Origin: Bacteroidia bacterium
Lineage (GTDB): Bacteria; Bacteroidota; Bacteroidia; NS11-12g; UBA955
DNA: 64,000 bases
NCBI GenBank assembly: GCA_023228875.1
Contig: JALOAG010000008.1
Span: forward strand, 19,163-83,162
Reading direction: 5' to 3'
Shown one piece after another: positions 1 to 11,775 of this stretch; within the stretch, counting starts at the first letter, position 1, and every line of letters starts with the position of its first letter. Position numbers and translations under genes: made by a program. The notes under the pieces are model-generated. The model saw only the letters and a program-made list of their open reading frames with translations, searched no databases and had not been told where the DNA came from.

Positions 1-1167
1 GTGTTTTGCTACCGCTTCTCTCAAAGCCGCTTCAACCTCTTCTCCAATTACATGCTCTCCAAAAGCAGAGATGAAATGTTTAATCCTGCCCGTTACCACA
101 ATTCTGTGAGGATATTTACTTACAAATTTGACAGTATCTCCAATGGAGTAACCCCATAAACCTGCATTTGAATTGATTATAACTGCATAATTCTTATTGA
201 GTTCTACATCATGAATGGAAAGGCGAGGAGGATTGTTGTCAAAGTAGTTTTCAGCAGGAATAAATTCATAAAAAATTCCGTGATTCAGTACCATGAGTAA
301 TCCTTCACCTGCTTCTCCGTCTTGATAGGCGATAAAACCTTCTGATGCAGGATATGTTTCTATGCTATCTACTTTTCTCCCAATGCTGTTTTCGATTTTA
401 GCGCGATAAGGTTCATAGTTAACACCGCCATAAATAAAGAGGTTGAAATCGGGGAAAATCTCTTTGATATTTTGTTTTCCTGAACTTTCTATCAGTTTTT
501 CAAAGTACATCTGAACCCAAGGCGGAATGCCACTAATTAATGTCATTCTTTGGTTCAGTGTTTCGTGTGCAATTTGGGTTACTTTTTCTTCCCAATCTTC
601 AATACAATTGACTTCCCATGAAGGCATGCGATTTTTCAGCAAATATTGAGGGACATGATGAGCCACAATTCCTGAAAGTCGTCCGGTATTGATACCTGAC
701 TTTTGAGTCAAAATGGGGCTGCCTTGTAGAAAAATCATTTTCCCATCTACAAAATCTGTTTTGCCGGTTCGGTTGATATAGGTCAAGATGGCGTTTCGTG
801 CTGAGTCAATATGATTGGAAATGGAGTCTTTTGTGATAGGAATGTATTTGGCTCCTGAAGTTGTGCCCGATGTTTTAGCTAAGTAAATAGGCTTCCCTTT
901 CCATAATACATCTTGTTCGCCCATTACAACCCTTTCAATCCAAGGTTTTAAATCTTCATAGTCTCGGATTGGAATATTTTTTTTGAAATCTTCGTATGTG
1001 TGAATTTGGTCAGCGTGATGTTCAATGCCGAATTTTGTTTGCCTTAGCCCTTTGATTAGCTGCTGAAAAACAATGTTTTGTGTTTTTTCGGGTTCAACAC
1101 TCCATTTCTTTATTTTGTTGACGATAAATCTGGCAAATGGTTTAGATAAGGCTTTTTTAATTGACAT
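1..1167 (-). CDS. GH3 (auxin-responsive promoter) family protein, 3'-partial. The start codon is at 1167-1165 and the C-terminus runs off the window.
   Basis: Manual reverse-strand translation gives MSIKKALSKPFARFIVNKIKKW...LAKTSGTTSGAKYIPITKDSI..., with the GH3 signature (TSGTT) near the N-terminus. The frame is open to position 1. Confidence 0.6.
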   Translation of the reverse strand, partial: MSIKKALSKPFARFIVNKIKKWSVEPEKTQNIVFQQLIKGLRQTKFGIEHHADQIHTYEDFKKNIPIRDYEDLKPWIERVVMGEQDVLWKGKPIYLAKTSGTTSGAKYIPITKDSISNHIDSARNAILTYINRTGKTDFVDGKMIFLQGSPILTQKSGINTGRLSGIVAHHVPQYLLKNRMPSWEVNCIEDWEEKVTQIAHETLNQRMTLISGIPPWVQMYFEKLIESSGKQNIKEIFPDFNLFIYGGVNYEPYRAKIENSIGRKVDSIETYPASEGFIAYQDGEAGEGLLMVLNHGIFYEFIPAENYFDNNPPRLSIHDVELNKNYAVIINSNAGLWGYSIGDTVKFVSKYPHRIVVTGRIKHFISAFGEHVIGEEVEAALREAVAKH

Positions 1168-1283
1168 GCTTGCTCACTCTCTTGCTATGAGGGCAAATGT
1201 ATGTTTTTATGATTAATTTCAGAAACTCAGTCAATCTAACTCCTGAAATGTTTAGCATAGTTTTTTTAGCATTTAATTGACTC

Positions 1284-2564
1284 TTATACTGCATGAACAA
1301 GGTGTAGCACTTTAGAAGTTTTTTGCTCTAACACTATGTTTTTACCATTTGTTAAAGAAGGAGGAATCCCGCTGTCAGCATGGTTGTATATACTAATCAG
1401 TCTTAGGTGGTTGAGCAACTTGACTTCAAAACTATAGCTCAAATCTTTTTCAATGTTCGTGAGTTTTCTTTCATCACAATCTACAATGGCTTTGAAACTG
1501 ATTGCCGAGTTTTGCATTACGTTTACACGTACTTTATTTGCGGCAAGGATTCTGAAAATTTCTTGGAGGTTATTCTCGGCAACAAAAGAAAAGTCGCGAG
1601 TTTTGAGCGTAAGCAAGCATTGGTTCTCTTTGAAAATGTAGCATGTTTTTTCTGTTTTGTTTTCAGAACCTTCGCTTACTATTGTGCCGGGCTTGGAAGG
1701 GTCGATAAATGATTTTACGAATAATGGAATTCCTTTGCTCTTGAGCGGTTGTATTGTTTTTGGATGTATAACGCTTGCTCCGTAATAAGCTAACTCTATG
1801 GCTTGGTCAAAGCTGAGAGAGTCTATTTTTTCTGCATCATTAAATTTCTTTGGATCTGCGTTCATCACTCCGGCAACGTCTTTCCAAATGGTAACGGATT
1901 CAGCGTTTAGACACCATGCAAATATAGCTGCGCTGTAATCCGAACCTTCTCTCCCTAATGTGGTTGTGGCATTATTCCTGTCTTTGCCAATAAAACCTTG
2001 GGTGATAACCATGCTTCTTTCTGCAAATGGCTTGAGTTTTGAAACAATAATATGCTCGGTTTCTGTCCAGTTTACGTTTGCTTCTCTAAAATTGCTGTTT
2101 GTAAAAATGAAATTACGTGCGTCAACCCATTTGTTCTTGATTCCTTGTGAGAGTAAATATGCACTAATGATTTTTGTAGAAATCAATTCTCCTAAACTTA
2201 CAATTTGATCATACACAAAATCAAAATCATCCTTCACTTCTTTCTCTGTCATACATTCTAATTCAAGAAAAAGATTGTCAAGCTCATTGAAAATCGGGTG
2301 GTTAGTATCTGCAAATAAGTCCTTACAAATTTTTATATGAAATGTTGCAAATTCTTTGATGGTATCATTCAAATCAGATTTTTTATTTAAAAAAGAATCT
2401 ACTACGTGTTCTAATAAATTGGTTGTCTTTGCCATAGCAGAAATGACAACCAAGACTCTTTCTGAGGCGTAGATATTAAGAATGTTTGCTACGTTTCTAA
2501 CTGAAGCAGCATCTTTCACAGAAGCTCCTCCGAATTTGAATATTTTCATCTGATTTTGTTCCAA
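1284..2564 (-). CDS. lysC: aspartate kinase. The true start is probably the MKIFKFGGAS codon near 2546.
   Basis: MKIFKFGGASVKD... is the amino-acid-kinase N-terminal motif. The C-terminal ACT-like region is present and the length is typical. Confidence 0.85.
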   Translation of the reverse strand: MEQNQMKIFKFGGASVKDAASVRNVANILNIYASERVLVVISAMAKTTNLLEHVVDSFLNKKSDLNDTIKEFATFHIKICKDLFADTNHPIFNELDNLFLELECMTEKEVKDDFDFVYDQIVSLGELISTKIISAYLLSQGIKNKWVDARNFIFTNSNFREANVNWTETEHIIVSKLKPFAERSMVITQGFIGKDRNNATTTLGREGSDYSAAIFAWCLNAESVTIWKDVAGVMNADPKKFNDAEKIDSLSFDQAIELAYYGASVIHPKTIQPLKSKGIPLFVKSFIDPSKPGTIVSEGSENKTEKTCYIFKENQCLLTLKTRDFSFVAENNLQEIFRILAANKVRVNVMQNSAISFKAIVDCDERKLTNIEKDLSYSFEVKLLNHLRLISIYNHADSGIPPSLTNGKNIVLEQKTSKVLHLVHAV

Positions 2565-2607
2565 ATACTATTGTTATTTTTGAGGCGCGAAAATACAACA
2601 GAATTAG

Positions 2608-3573
2608 ATGAAAAATGCAGTAACAACATTAGGTCAATTTATAATTGACAGACAAGAAGAAGTTCATGATGCTAAAGGAGCATTTTCAGATATTTTCAGA
2701 GCCATAGAACTTGCTTCAAAAATTGTCAATAGAGATGTGCGCAAAGCCGGATTGGTGGACATATTAGGCTATCATGGCTCAACAAATATTCAAGGTGAAG
2801 AGGTGAAAAAGTTAGATATGATTGCTAATGAGGTTTTTAAAAGTCATATAGAAAAGACAGGAGAAGTCTGTGCCATTATTTCGGAGGAAGAAGATGATGT
2901 GTATTGGTGTATCGATGCAAAAAATGCTAAGTATATATTTTGTATGGACCCTTTGGATGGGTCTTCAAATATTGATGTAAATGCTTCAATCGGAACCATT
3001 TTTTCTTTGTACAAAAGACAAGATTTGACTCAACCTTGTTCATTGAACGACATCTTGCGTCCGGGACATGAAATTGTTGCAGCAGGTTATATTATTTATG
3101 GCTCAAGCACTATGCTTGTTTATTCTGCCGGAAATGGCGTAAATGGTTTTACACTTGATGATTCAATACATGAATTTTGTCTTTCGCATCCCAATATTAT
3201 CACACCTGAAAACGGCAGTATTTTGTCTGTTAATGAAGGAAATTTGCATGACTTTGAAGACAGGGTTCAGCAGTATATTCATCTATGCAAGGAACAACGT
3301 TTTAGTGCGAGATATATAGGCTCCTTGATAGCTGATTTTCATAGAAATCTTCTAAAGGGAGGAATTTACATTTATCCGGCTACCGAAAAAGCACCTAAAG
3401 GGAAGTTGCGCTTGTTGTACGAGTGTAATCCAATGGCGTTCTTAGTTGAAAATGCAGGAGGAAAAGCTTCTGACGGCACGCAAAGAATTTTGGACATTCT
3501 TCCTGAAAAATTGCACCAAAGAACCCCGCTGTATATTGGCTCGGCTAAAATGGTTGAAACGCTGTTAGGGTAG
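2608..3573 (+). CDS. fbp: fructose-1,6-bisphosphatase class I
   Basis: The ...DPLDGSSNIDVNASIGTIFS... metal-binding block and the overall architecture match FBPase class I. Confidence 0.9.
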   Translation: MKNAVTTLGQFIIDRQEEVHDAKGAFSDIFRAIELASKIVNRDVRKAGLVDILGYHGSTNIQGEEVKKLDMIANEVFKSHIEKTGEVCAIISEEEDDVYWCIDAKNAKYIFCMDPLDGSSNIDVNASIGTIFSLYKRQDLTQPCSLNDILRPGHEIVAAGYIIYGSSTMLVYSAGNGVNGFTLDDSIHEFCLSHPNIITPENGSILSVNEGNLHDFEDRVQQYIHLCKEQRFSARYIGSLIADFHRNLLKGGIYIYPATEKAPKGKLRLLYECNPMAFLVENAGGKASDGTQRILDILPEKLHQRTPLYIGSAKMVETLLG

Positions 3574-3622
3574 GGCTAAGTTTGTTTATATTTTGCCTGA
3601 ATAGTGTTTTCGATACTTTTGG

Positions 3623-4477
3623 TTGTATTTTTGCAATCATAGAAATATGCGCTTAGCAACTCTCTTTATTATTATTATTTGTATGTTGTTTTATGGATTT
3701 GGAGTGAATCATACTACACAGATATTTGTGGAATTTCATAGATTGAAGGTAAGTAATGTTGTGTGCTTTTCTGCTGATAATCTTGGGAATATTTATACAG
3801 CAAATTCCAACGGAGATATTGTGAAATATGATAAAGAAGGGACTAAGACAGCTGTCGCAAATAATAAATTATTAGGGAATGTGTTCTCAATAGATGCCTC
3901 AAATCCGTTTGAAATCTATGTGTTTTACAAAGAACAGAATAAAGTAATATACTATGACAACCAGCTAAACATGCTTGGACAATCAAACTTGGAAGAAGGC
4001 GGATTCTTAATGTTAAGCACGTTGGCAAGAAGTTATGATGGAAAAATTTGGCTCTTTGATCAAAGTGATATGAAGTTGAAAAAGGTTAAGAAAGATCTAA
4101 ACCTTGAATTAAGTAGTGGCAATGTACGTGATTATGCTAACAATCCGCAATTTGCACCTGTTTACATTGGGGATATGAATAATGCGATTTATTTGTTTGA
4201 CAGCACCTCGGGACTTTACGAATTTGACAATTTCGGCAATTTTGTGAGAACAATTGAACTTACAAACGCCTCGCAATTTTTTGTTATGTCGGGCAAAATG
4301 TATTTCTTGAAAAATAACGCAATCTATTTATTGGATAAGACTTTTTTGCAAGAGAAATCTATCCCAATAGAGAACAAGCCGGAGCAAATTGCTGCCTTTA
4401 CGCTTTCTCCGGACAGGATGGTGTTGCAAAGCGGAAATGAATTAATTTTGTACGCCCTTACAAATAAAAATAAATAA
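3623..4477 (+). CDS. hypothetical secreted or membrane-anchored protein, possibly a beta-propeller. The real start is likely MRLATLF near 3647.
   Basis: It has an N-terminal hydrophobic segment and no recognisable catalytic motif. Confidence 0.4.
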   Translation: MYFCNHRNMRLATLFIIIICMLFYGFGVNHTTQIFVEFHRLKVSNVVCFSADNLGNIYTANSNGDIVKYDKEGTKTAVANNKLLGNVFSIDASNPFEIYVFYKEQNKVIYYDNQLNMLGQSNLEEGGFLMLSTLARSYDGKIWLFDQSDMKLKKVKKDLNLELSSGNVRDYANNPQFAPVYIGDMNNAIYLFDSTSGLYEFDNFGNFVRTIELTNASQFFVMSGKMYFLKNNAIYLLDKTFLQEKSIPIENKPEQIAAFTLSPDRMVLQSGNELILYALTNKNK

Positions 4478-5550
4478 TGCTCGATAAGTTAGAGGCGATT
4501 GAAGCGCGGTTTAAAGATCTTGAAATCTTATTATCAAGTCCTGAGGTAATTTCTGATATGAAGAAATTTACCCAACTCAATAAAGAGTATAGTGATTTAC
4601 GCGAAGTAGTGGATGTAATAAAAAAATATAAGGTCTATTACAAAAACCGTGAACAAGCGAGAGAGATTCTAAAAAACGAAAAAGATATTGAATTAAAAGA
4701 GCTTGCCAAAGATGAGTTAGATGAAGCAGAATCAAAGTTGCCTGAACTGGAAGAGACTCTAAGAATCATGATGTTGCCCAAGGATCCACAAGATGAGCGC
4801 AATGCAATCATTGAAATCAGGGCAGGTACCGGAGGTGATGAGGCCGCAATTTTTGTAGGCGAGTTGGGTAGGATGTACATGAGATATTGCGAAGGCAGAG
4901 GGTGGAAAACAGAAATCATCGAATCCAATGAAAATGAAGCCGGAGGTTTTAGTAGGTTGTCTATATCTGTTGAAGGGAAAGACGTTTATGGGACATTAAA
5001 ATTTGAGTCAGGAGTGCATAGGGTGCAGCGAGTGCCTGTTACCGAGTCGCAGGGGCGCGTACACACTTCTGCCGTATCAGTAGCTGTGCTGCCCGAGGCT
5101 GATGAGGTGGAGATTGAAATTAAGGATTCTGATTTGAAATATGAAACAGCGCGCAGTGGTGGTGCCGGAGGTCAGAATGTAAACAAAGTTGAAACGAAAG
5201 TGCATTTAACCCATTTACCTACCGGTATCGTGGTTACGTGCCAAGTTGAAAGAACACAGTTAGGTAATAAAATGCTTGCACTAAAGATGTTGCGTACTAA
5301 GCTTTTTGAAGACGCAGTCAGAAAACAAGAAGAAGCCATTGCATCACAAAGAAAAACTTTGGTTTCTACCGGAGATAGGAGTGCAAAAGTAAGGACATAT
5401 AATTTCCCTCAAAGCCGTATGACAGATCATAGAATCGGCTTGACACTCTATAACCTTGCGGATGTAATGAATGGTGATATTGGTGAGATTATCAATAAGC
5501 TGCAACTTGCTGAGAACACTGAAAGGATGAAAAATCAGGAGCTAGCCTAA
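4477..5550 (+). CDS. prfA: peptide chain release factor 1
   Basis: It carries the GGQ motif ([11 protein letters not shown]) and the RF1-type PVT tripeptide ([14 protein letters not shown]). Confidence 0.9.
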   Translation: MLDKLEAIEARFKDLEILLSSPEVISDMKKFTQLNKEYSDLREVVDVIKKYKVYYKNREQAREILKNEKDIELKELAKDELDEAESKLPELEETLRIMMLPKDPQDERNAIIEIRAGTGGDEAAIFVGELGRMYMRYCEGRGWKTEIIESNENEAGGFSRLSISVEGKDVYGTLKFESGVHRVQRVPVTESQGRVHTSAVSVAVLPEADEVEIEIKDSDLKYETARSGGAGGQNVNKVETKVHLTHLPTGIVVTCQVERTQLGNKMLALKMLRTKLFEDAVRKQEEAIASQRKTLVSTGDRSAKVRTYNFPQSRMTDHRIGLTLYNLADVMNGDIGEIINKLQLAENTERMKNQELA

Positions 5551-5603
5551 GTACACTATTTAAACTTTTCTAACTTTGCACAATAATATTAACTGAATCT
5601 CTT

Positions 5604-6659
5604 ATGAAAAAACTATGGATTATGACTGCATTTGGTGCTTTGGGCATCATCTTAGCATGTAACAACAGACCACAACCTGTTACGGTTGATGAACCGCAAA
5701 TTAACCAAGACTCTTTATTAATGGACTTAGCTAAGTCAACTTTTGGCACACTGCCGGAAAGAGCTGAAAACCCTGACAATGAAATTACTAATGACAAAGT
5801 TCTGTTAGGCAGGGTGTTGTTTTTTGATTCAAGACTTTCTAAGAAAGGGAATATTAGTTGTAACTCTTGCCATTCTTTGGATAAGTTCGGAGTGGATAAT
5901 GAGCCTACCTCTCCGGGTGATGATGGAGTAAGAGGTGGTAGAAATTCTCCAACTGTGTTGAATGCAGCTTTGCATTTTATGCAATTTTGGGATGGCAGAG
6001 CACAGGATGTAGAAGAGCAAGCCGGTGGTCCTATTTTGAACCCTGTTGAACACAATATCCCTGATTCCGGATTTTTAATTAAGAAATTAAGCAAAATACC
6101 CATGTATCAGGATTTGTTTGCAAAAGCATTTCCCAATGAAAAAACTCCTATTACCTATGCAAATTTAACGAGAGCAATTGGAGCTTTTGAAAGAATTTTG
6201 ATTACACCTTCGAGAGTAGATAAATTTATTGCCGGAGATGCAAACGCACTTACGCAAGAGGAGAAGGCAGGATTCCAAGTCTTTATGGATGCAGGATGTA
6301 ATACTTGCCATAACGGACCTGCAGCCGGTGGTATGATTTTGCAAAAATTTGGTATTTATACAGACTATTGGAATGAAACAAAATGCGCGAAAGTAGATTC
6401 CGGACGCTATGATATTACAAAGAATGAGAATGATAAATACTTCTTTAAAGTGCCAACTTTGAGAAATGTTGAAAAGACATTTCCTTATTTCCATGATGGC
6501 GGTGTCACAGATTTGGGAGAGGCGGTTCGCATTATGGGTAAAGTACAGTTAAATAAAGACTTGACTCCTGAACAAATCGCGTCAATTGTAACATTCCTCA
6601 AAGCCTTTACAGCAGACATACCTGACGAATTAAAACATGCTCCGGAAGGATATTTATAA
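5604..6659 (+). CDS. di-haem cytochrome c peroxidase (MauG/CCP family)
   Basis: It has two CxxCH haem motifs (CNSCH and CNTCH) and a signal/lipoprotein N-terminus. Confidence 0.85.
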   Translation: MKKLWIMTAFGALGIILACNNRPQPVTVDEPQINQDSLLMDLAKSTFGTLPERAENPDNEITNDKVLLGRVLFFDSRLSKKGNISCNSCHSLDKFGVDNEPTSPGDDGVRGGRNSPTVLNAALHFMQFWDGRAQDVEEQAGGPILNPVEHNIPDSGFLIKKLSKIPMYQDLFAKAFPNEKTPITYANLTRAIGAFERILITPSRVDKFIAGDANALTQEEKAGFQVFMDAGCNTCHNGPAAGGMILQKFGIYTDYWNETKCAKVDSGRYDITKNENDKYFFKVPTLRNVEKTFPYFHDGGVTDLGEAVRIMGKVQLNKDLTPEQIASIVTFLKAFTADIPDELKHAPEGYL

Positions 6660-6739
6660 ACTCAAATCTTTGTGTTTTCATTAACCCGAAATAATGGTTT
6701 AATTTGCACCGAAATTTTTACAATTCAATAATAACAGAT

Positions 6740-8125
6740 ATGAAATTTGATGTAGTAGTATTAGGAAGTGGTCCCGGTGGTTATGTGGCAGCAATCAGAG
6801 CTTCACAACTTGGACTTAAGACAGCCATAGTAGAAAGAGCCGAATTGGGCGGAATTTGCTTGAATTGGGGTTGTATCCCAACAAAAGCCTTGTTAAAATC
6901 TGCACAAGTGTTTGAATATATTCATAATGCCAAAGATTTTGGTATTACTGTAAAAGATTCAAAAGAGGATTTTGATGCTGTTATAAAGCGTTCCCGAGGC
7001 GTTGCCGGCACCATGAGTAAAGGAATTGAATTTTTGCTTAAAAAGAATAAAATAACAGTAGTAAACGGTTTTGGTAAGTTAGTTGCAAAAGGTAAATTAG
7101 AGGTTGATAACAATGGTAAGAAAGAGACTGTAGAAGGTACACACATTATTTTAGCAACAGGTGCTCGTTCTAAAGAATTGCCAAATATTAAGATTGATGG
7201 CAAGAAAGTCATTGGATACCGTGAAGCCATGGTGCTTGACAAAAAACCGGAGAGTATGTTAATCATCGGTTCCGGGGCAATCGGAATGGAGTTTGGATAT
7301 TTCTATTCTACTATGGGAACTAAAGTTACTATTGTAGAATTTATGGACAGGGTGATGCCTGTTGAGGATGAGGAAGTATCAAAGGCTATCGAGAAGATAT
7401 ATAAGAAGAATGGCGTTGATATTATGACTTCCAGTGCTGTAGAAAAAGTTGAATCTACTGCCAAAGGTTGTAAAGTGAGTATCAAAACGGCAAAAGGTGT
7501 TGAAACTGTTGAATGTGATATCGTTTTGTCAGCAGCCGGTGTACAAACAAACATTGAAAATATTGGTATAGAAACGCTGGGTGTAAAGACTGAGAAAGGT
7601 AAGGTAATGGTAGATGAGTACTATAGAACAAATGTTGAAGGTGTTTATGCAATTGGAGATATAGTTCCCGGCCAAGCACTTGCCCACGTTGCCTCAGCTG
7701 AAGGTATTATTTGCGTTGAGAAAATCGCAGGTATGAATCCAGAACCTCTTGATTATGGTAACATACCGGGATGTACATACTGCCATCCTGAAGTTGCTTC
7801 AGTTGGGCTAACAGAAGCACAAGCAAAAGAAAAAGGATATGAAATTAAAGTTGGTAAATTCCCATTCTCTGCATCAGGAAAGGCTAATGCAAATGGGAGC
7901 AGAGAAGGATTTGTTAAAGTGATTTTTGATGCTAAATATGGTGAATGGCTTGGTTGTCACATGATTGGCGAAGGTGTTACAGATATGATAGCAGAGGCGG
8001 TTGTAGCTAGGAAACTTGAGACGACAGGACATGAAATTATAAAAGCTGTTCATCCGCACCCTACTATGAGTGAAGCTGTAATGGAAGCAGCGGCACAAGC
8101 TTATGGCGAGTGTATTCACTTGTAA
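6740..8125 (+). CDS. lpdA: dihydrolipoyl dehydrogenase (E3). The start is chosen at MKFDVVVLGSGPGG; the ORF track begins 36 nt upstream.
   Basis: It has the FAD-binding GSGPGGY motif and the redox-active disulfide GGICLNWGCIPTK. Confidence 0.9.
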   Translation: MKFDVVVLGSGPGGYVAAIRASQLGLKTAIVERAELGGICLNWGCIPTKALLKSAQVFEYIHNAKDFGITVKDSKEDFDAVIKRSRGVAGTMSKGIEFLLKKNKITVVNGFGKLVAKGKLEVDNNGKKETVEGTHIILATGARSKELPNIKIDGKKVIGYREAMVLDKKPESMLIIGSGAIGMEFGYFYSTMGTKVTIVEFMDRVMPVEDEEVSKAIEKIYKKNGVDIMTSSAVEKVESTAKGCKVSIKTAKGVETVECDIVLSAAGVQTNIENIGIETLGVKTEKGKVMVDEYYRTNVEGVYAIGDIVPGQALAHVASAEGIICVEKIAGMNPEPLDYGNIPGCTYCHPEVASVGLTEAQAKEKGYEIKVGKFPFSASGKANANGSREGFVKVIFDAKYGEWLGCHMIGEGVTDMIAEAVVARKLETTGHEIIKAVHPHPTMSEAVMEAAAQAYGECIHL

Positions 8126-8144
8126 TAAAGAATAAAAGATAATT

Positions 8145-8175
8145 GGAAAGGGCTGCATTTTGCAGCCCTTTTTTG
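8145..8175. terminator. bidirectional rho-independent terminator between lpdA and recG
   Basis: aaagGGCTGCAtttTGCAGCCCtttttt is a perfect 8-bp stem with an A-run on one side and a T-run on the other. Confidence 0.7.
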
Positions 8176-8194
8176 TTGTCTGTATTGATTGATT

Positions 8195-10306
8195 TTAGGA
8201 TATTTTACTCCAGAAGTTGTCTTTGCTGTGAGCCAATAGATATTTTTTGAGTAAGACATTCTCCGGTTTGCTCAATGTGGGATCTTCTCGCAACACATAA
8301 GAAGCAGCTTGTGAGCCTAAAAATATGATATATTCATCATTTACCAAGTTTAAAAATTTGAAATCAGGTAAACCACTTTGTTTAGTCCCCAAAATATCTC
8401 CGGGACCTCTTTGTTTTAAATCAATTTTTGCAATCTCAAATCCGTCAACGTGTTTCACCATTGCATTCATTCTTTCTTTTGCAGTTTTGCTAATTTCATT
8501 TTCAGTCATTAAAATGCAATAGCTCTGCTCCGCACCTCTGCCCACCCTGCCTCTAAGTTGATGAAGTTGAGAAAGCCCGAATCTGTCAGCATTCTCAATG
8601 ACCATCACACTTGCATTGGGAACGTTAACACCTACTTCAATCACAGTGGTTGCAACCATAATATGTGCAATTCCATTCTTAAAACGCAACATCTCTTTTT
8701 CTTTCTCTTCAGGACGCATTTGCCCGTGAACAATGGATAATCGGTATTCAGGTGTTGGAAAGAAACTTTCAACCATGTCATATCCATCCATTAAGTTTTT
8801 TAAATCTAAAGATTCACTTTCATTGATTAATGGGAATACAAAATATACTTGTCTCCCTTTTGTGATTTCATTTTTTATGAATGACATGAGCGCGATTCTG
8901 TTCTTTTCTTCTTTATGAGCAGTAACTATAGGCTTGCGTCCTGCAGGTAGTTCATCCAAAATACTGTGGTCGGATTCTCCATGTGCCGTCATTGCTAATG
9001 TACGGGGGATTGGCGTTGCTGTCATCACTAACATGTGAGGAGCGGGGTTCGATTTGAGCCAGAGTTTTGCCCTTTGTGCAACTCCAAAACGATGTTGTTC
9101 GTCAATGATAACTAAGCCTAATTTTTGAAAAACGACCCTGTCCTCTAAAATTGCATGTGTGCCGGTTATCAATGAAAGTTTGCCGGAGGCTAAGTCTTCG
9201 AGAATCAAATCGCGTTCTTTGGCAGGAGTGGAGCCGGTGAGCAGTGCTACTCGCAAGCCAAGCGGTGTTGCCCATTCTTGTAATGATTCATAATGTTGTT
9301 GGCAAAGTATTTCTGTTGGTGCAATCAGACAAGTCTGAAACCCATTGTCAATTGCCAAAAGAATTGAGATAAAGGCAATAATTGTTTTTCCGCTTCCTAC
9401 ATCGCCTTGCAACAATCGATTCATTTGTGAGCCATTTTTCATATCCGCCCATATTTCTTTAATTACTCTTTTTTGAGCTTCGGTTAATGAAAAGGGTAGG
9501 TGTTTACTATAAAATAAATTGAAAAAATAGCCCGGCTTGGTGATTTTTGGTCCAATTGAATTAGATATTCTTGTCAATCGGGTTCTTTCGCTGCGCAATT
9601 TGAAAAGAAATATTTCTTCGAATTTAAAACGTTCATTGGCTTTGCTTGCTTGGTCTAATTTGGTTGGGAAATGGATGTCAGCATAAGCTTTTGCGCGTAA
9701 TGGGAATCCTGTTTTTTCAAGAATGCGTGCAGGTAGAAATTCAGGCATATCAAAGTTTACATGCTCTAATGCCGTTTTTGTTAATTCTGCTATAAACTTT
9801 GAATCTATTTTAGATGCTTTGAGTTTTTCAGTTAGAGGGTAAACCGGAATGTATCCCAACACTTCTTGCTGTTTTGCAGGATCATAAATTTGAAGTTCAG
9901 GATGTGAAATTGAAAAGACAGTTTTGAACTCACTGACTCTGCCAAATGCTGTATAGAACTGACCCACTGTGATTGTTTTTTTTACCCAAGGAATTGAGCG
10001 AAACCAAACAAGTTCCATGCAGCCGGTGTCATCACAAAATACAGCTTTGAGTCTTTGAGTATTACGCACTCCTAAAACTTCAATTGATTCAATTTTTCCA
10101 CGCACTTGCACTTGTCCTGAATTGGGTTGAAGCTCTGCAATATTGATGTTGGCAGTCTTGTCAAGATACCGAATCGGAGTATGATTGAGTAAATCACCAA
10201 TAGTGAGGATTCCCAATTCATTCTCAAGAAGTTTCAGGCGTGCATTACTAAAATTTCCGAGCGCACTAATACCTAATTTTTCAAATTCCGACAAGTCAGA
10301 TTTCAC
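8195..10306 (-). CDS. recG: ATP-dependent DNA helicase RecG
   Basis: It has the Walker A motif GDVGSGKT, the DEQHRFG helicase motif II, and the N-terminal wedge-domain layout. Confidence 0.9.
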   Translation of the reverse strand: MKSDLSEFEKLGISALGNFSNARLKLLENELGILTIGDLLNHTPIRYLDKTANINIAELQPNSGQVQVRGKIESIEVLGVRNTQRLKAVFCDDTGCMELVWFRSIPWVKKTITVGQFYTAFGRVSEFKTVFSISHPELQIYDPAKQQEVLGYIPVYPLTEKLKASKIDSKFIAELTKTALEHVNFDMPEFLPARILEKTGFPLRAKAYADIHFPTKLDQASKANERFKFEEIFLFKLRSERTRLTRISNSIGPKITKPGYFFNLFYSKHLPFSLTEAQKRVIKEIWADMKNGSQMNRLLQGDVGSGKTIIAFISILLAIDNGFQTCLIAPTEILCQQHYESLQEWATPLGLRVALLTGSTPAKERDLILEDLASGKLSLITGTHAILEDRVVFQKLGLVIIDEQHRFGVAQRAKLWLKSNPAPHMLVMTATPIPRTLAMTAHGESDHSILDELPAGRKPIVTAHKEEKNRIALMSFIKNEITKGRQVYFVFPLINESESLDLKNLMDGYDMVESFFPTPEYRLSIVHGQMRPEEKEKEMLRFKNGIAHIMVATTVIEVGVNVPNASVMVIENADRFGLSQLHQLRGRVGRGAEQSYCILMTENEISKTAKERMNAMVKHVDGFEIAKIDLKQRGPGDILGTKQSGLPDFKFLNLVNDEYIIFLGSQAASYVLREDPTLSKPENVLLKKYLLAHSKDNFWSKIS

Positions 10307-10422
10307 GGTCTAAAATTATGAATAAACTTTCTATTGATAACCTGCAAACTAAATTACTCTGAACACAAATTATCCCTATTTTTGCGCTGCAAACAAAACA
10401 TACTTTTTAAGAGTAAATACAC

Positions 10423-11709
10423 ATGGCGTTAGAAATAAAAGTCCCTTCTCCGGGTGAGTCCATCAGCGAAGTTACAATCTCCAAATTGCTTGTTAATGTT
10501 GGTGATTATATTGAATTAGACCAACCTATTATTGAGGTGGAGTCAGAAAAAGCAACACTCGAAATCAATGCAGAAAAAGCAGGTGTGCTTGAAAAATTTA
10601 CTGCATCAGAAGGTGATTCTGTTAAGGTAGGGGATGTTGTTGCGCTGATTGATACTACTGCAAAAGCACCTGCAAATACAGTTAAAAAGGAAGAGAAAGC
10701 TGAAGCTCCAAAGTCTGCACCGGCTGTTGCAAAGCTAGAAGTGGCTCCGGTGAAGGAAACACCCAAAACAGAGACAAGTGCTAAACAAAGTGCTCCTTCT
10801 GTTCAACAAAATTATTCTGCGAGTCCATTGGCAGAACAGTTGTTGAAAGAGTATGGATTAAATCCTGATAAGGTGAAAGGAAGCGGTTTGAATGGCAGAA
10901 TTACTAAAATGGATGTTTTGCAAGCGGCAGTTGAACAAGGTGGAAGCGGAAAAGGTGCCGGCTACTTGAAAGGAAGCGGAAGTAGAGAAGAAAAAAGAGA
11001 AAAAATGTCAAACCTGCGCAAAACCATTGCAAAACGGTTGGTAATGGCAAAAAATGAGACGGCAATGTTGACTACGTTTAATGAAGTAAACATGAAGCCA
11101 ATCATGGATTTGCGTGCAAAGTATAAAGATACATTTAAAGAAAAACATGGAGTGGGGCTTGGTTTTATGTCATTCTTTACTCGTGCATGTGTATTAGCAC
11201 TTCAAAAGTGGCCTGCAGTTAACTCTTTTATTGATGGAGAGGAAATTGTGATGAATGATTATTGCGATATTTCTATTGCTGTTTCCGGTCCACGTGGATT
11301 AGTTGTGCCTGTAATTAGAAATGCAGAGACTTTGTCACTTGCTGAGATTGAGAATGAGGTTAAAAGACTCGCAATCAAAGCTAGAGACAATAAATTGTCA
11401 ATTGAAGAGATGACCGGTGGTACATTCACGATTACCAATGGTGGAGTGTTTGGCTCTATGATGTCTACACCGATTATCAATCCGCCTCAGTCTGCGATTC
11501 TTGGTATGCACAATATTGTTGAAAGACCTTGGGTAGAAAATGGTAAAATTGAGGTTAGACCTGTTATGTATATAGCCTTGTCTTATGACCACCGTGTTAT
11601 AGATGGCAGAGAGTCTGTAAGTTTCTTATTTATGGTGAAAACATTGTTGGAGAATCCGGAAATGTTGCTTAATGGAACAAGCTCAGCAGAAAGTTTATTG
11701 GATTTATAA
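10423..11709 (+). CDS. 2-oxoacid dehydrogenase E2 component (dihydrolipoyllysine-residue succinyl/acyltransferase)
   Basis: It has a single lipoyl domain ([11 protein letters not shown]), an Ala/Pro-rich linker and the catalytic DHRVIDG motif. No E1 gene lies next to it in this window. Confidence 0.8.
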   Translation: MALEIKVPSPGESISEVTISKLLVNVGDYIELDQPIIEVESEKATLEINAEKAGVLEKFTASEGDSVKVGDVVALIDTTAKAPANTVKKEEKAEAPKSAPAVAKLEVAPVKETPKTETSAKQSAPSVQQNYSASPLAEQLLKEYGLNPDKVKGSGLNGRITKMDVLQAAVEQGGSGKGAGYLKGSGSREEKREKMSNLRKTIAKRLVMAKNETAMLTTFNEVNMKPIMDLRAKYKDTFKEKHGVGLGFMSFFTRACVLALQKWPAVNSFIDGEEIVMNDYCDISIAVSGPRGLVVPVIRNAETLSLAEIENEVKRLAIKARDNKLSIEEMTGGTFTITNGGVFGSMMSTPIINPPQSAILGMHNIVERPWVENGKIEVRPVMYIALSYDHRVIDGRESVSFLFMVKTLLENPEMLLNGTSSAESLLDL

Positions 11710-11728
11710 TTTAATAAGATAGTTCTAT

Positions 11729-11762
11729 AAAAAAGGCGAGTCTGAATGACTCGCCTTTTTTA
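11729..11762. terminator. bidirectional rho-independent terminator between E2 (+) and the GltS-like gene (-)
   Basis: The sequence is aaaaaGGCGAGTCtgaatGACTCGCCtttttt. Confidence 0.75.
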
Positions 11763-11775
11763 TGATTGGGACTCT

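Noticed and set aside
6704-8125. Possible sucA/sucB/lpd operon. E3 and E2 are both in the window.
   Set aside because: lpdA and the E2 gene are separated by recG on the opposite strand and each has its own terminator. No E1 gene is present. They are not an operon here.
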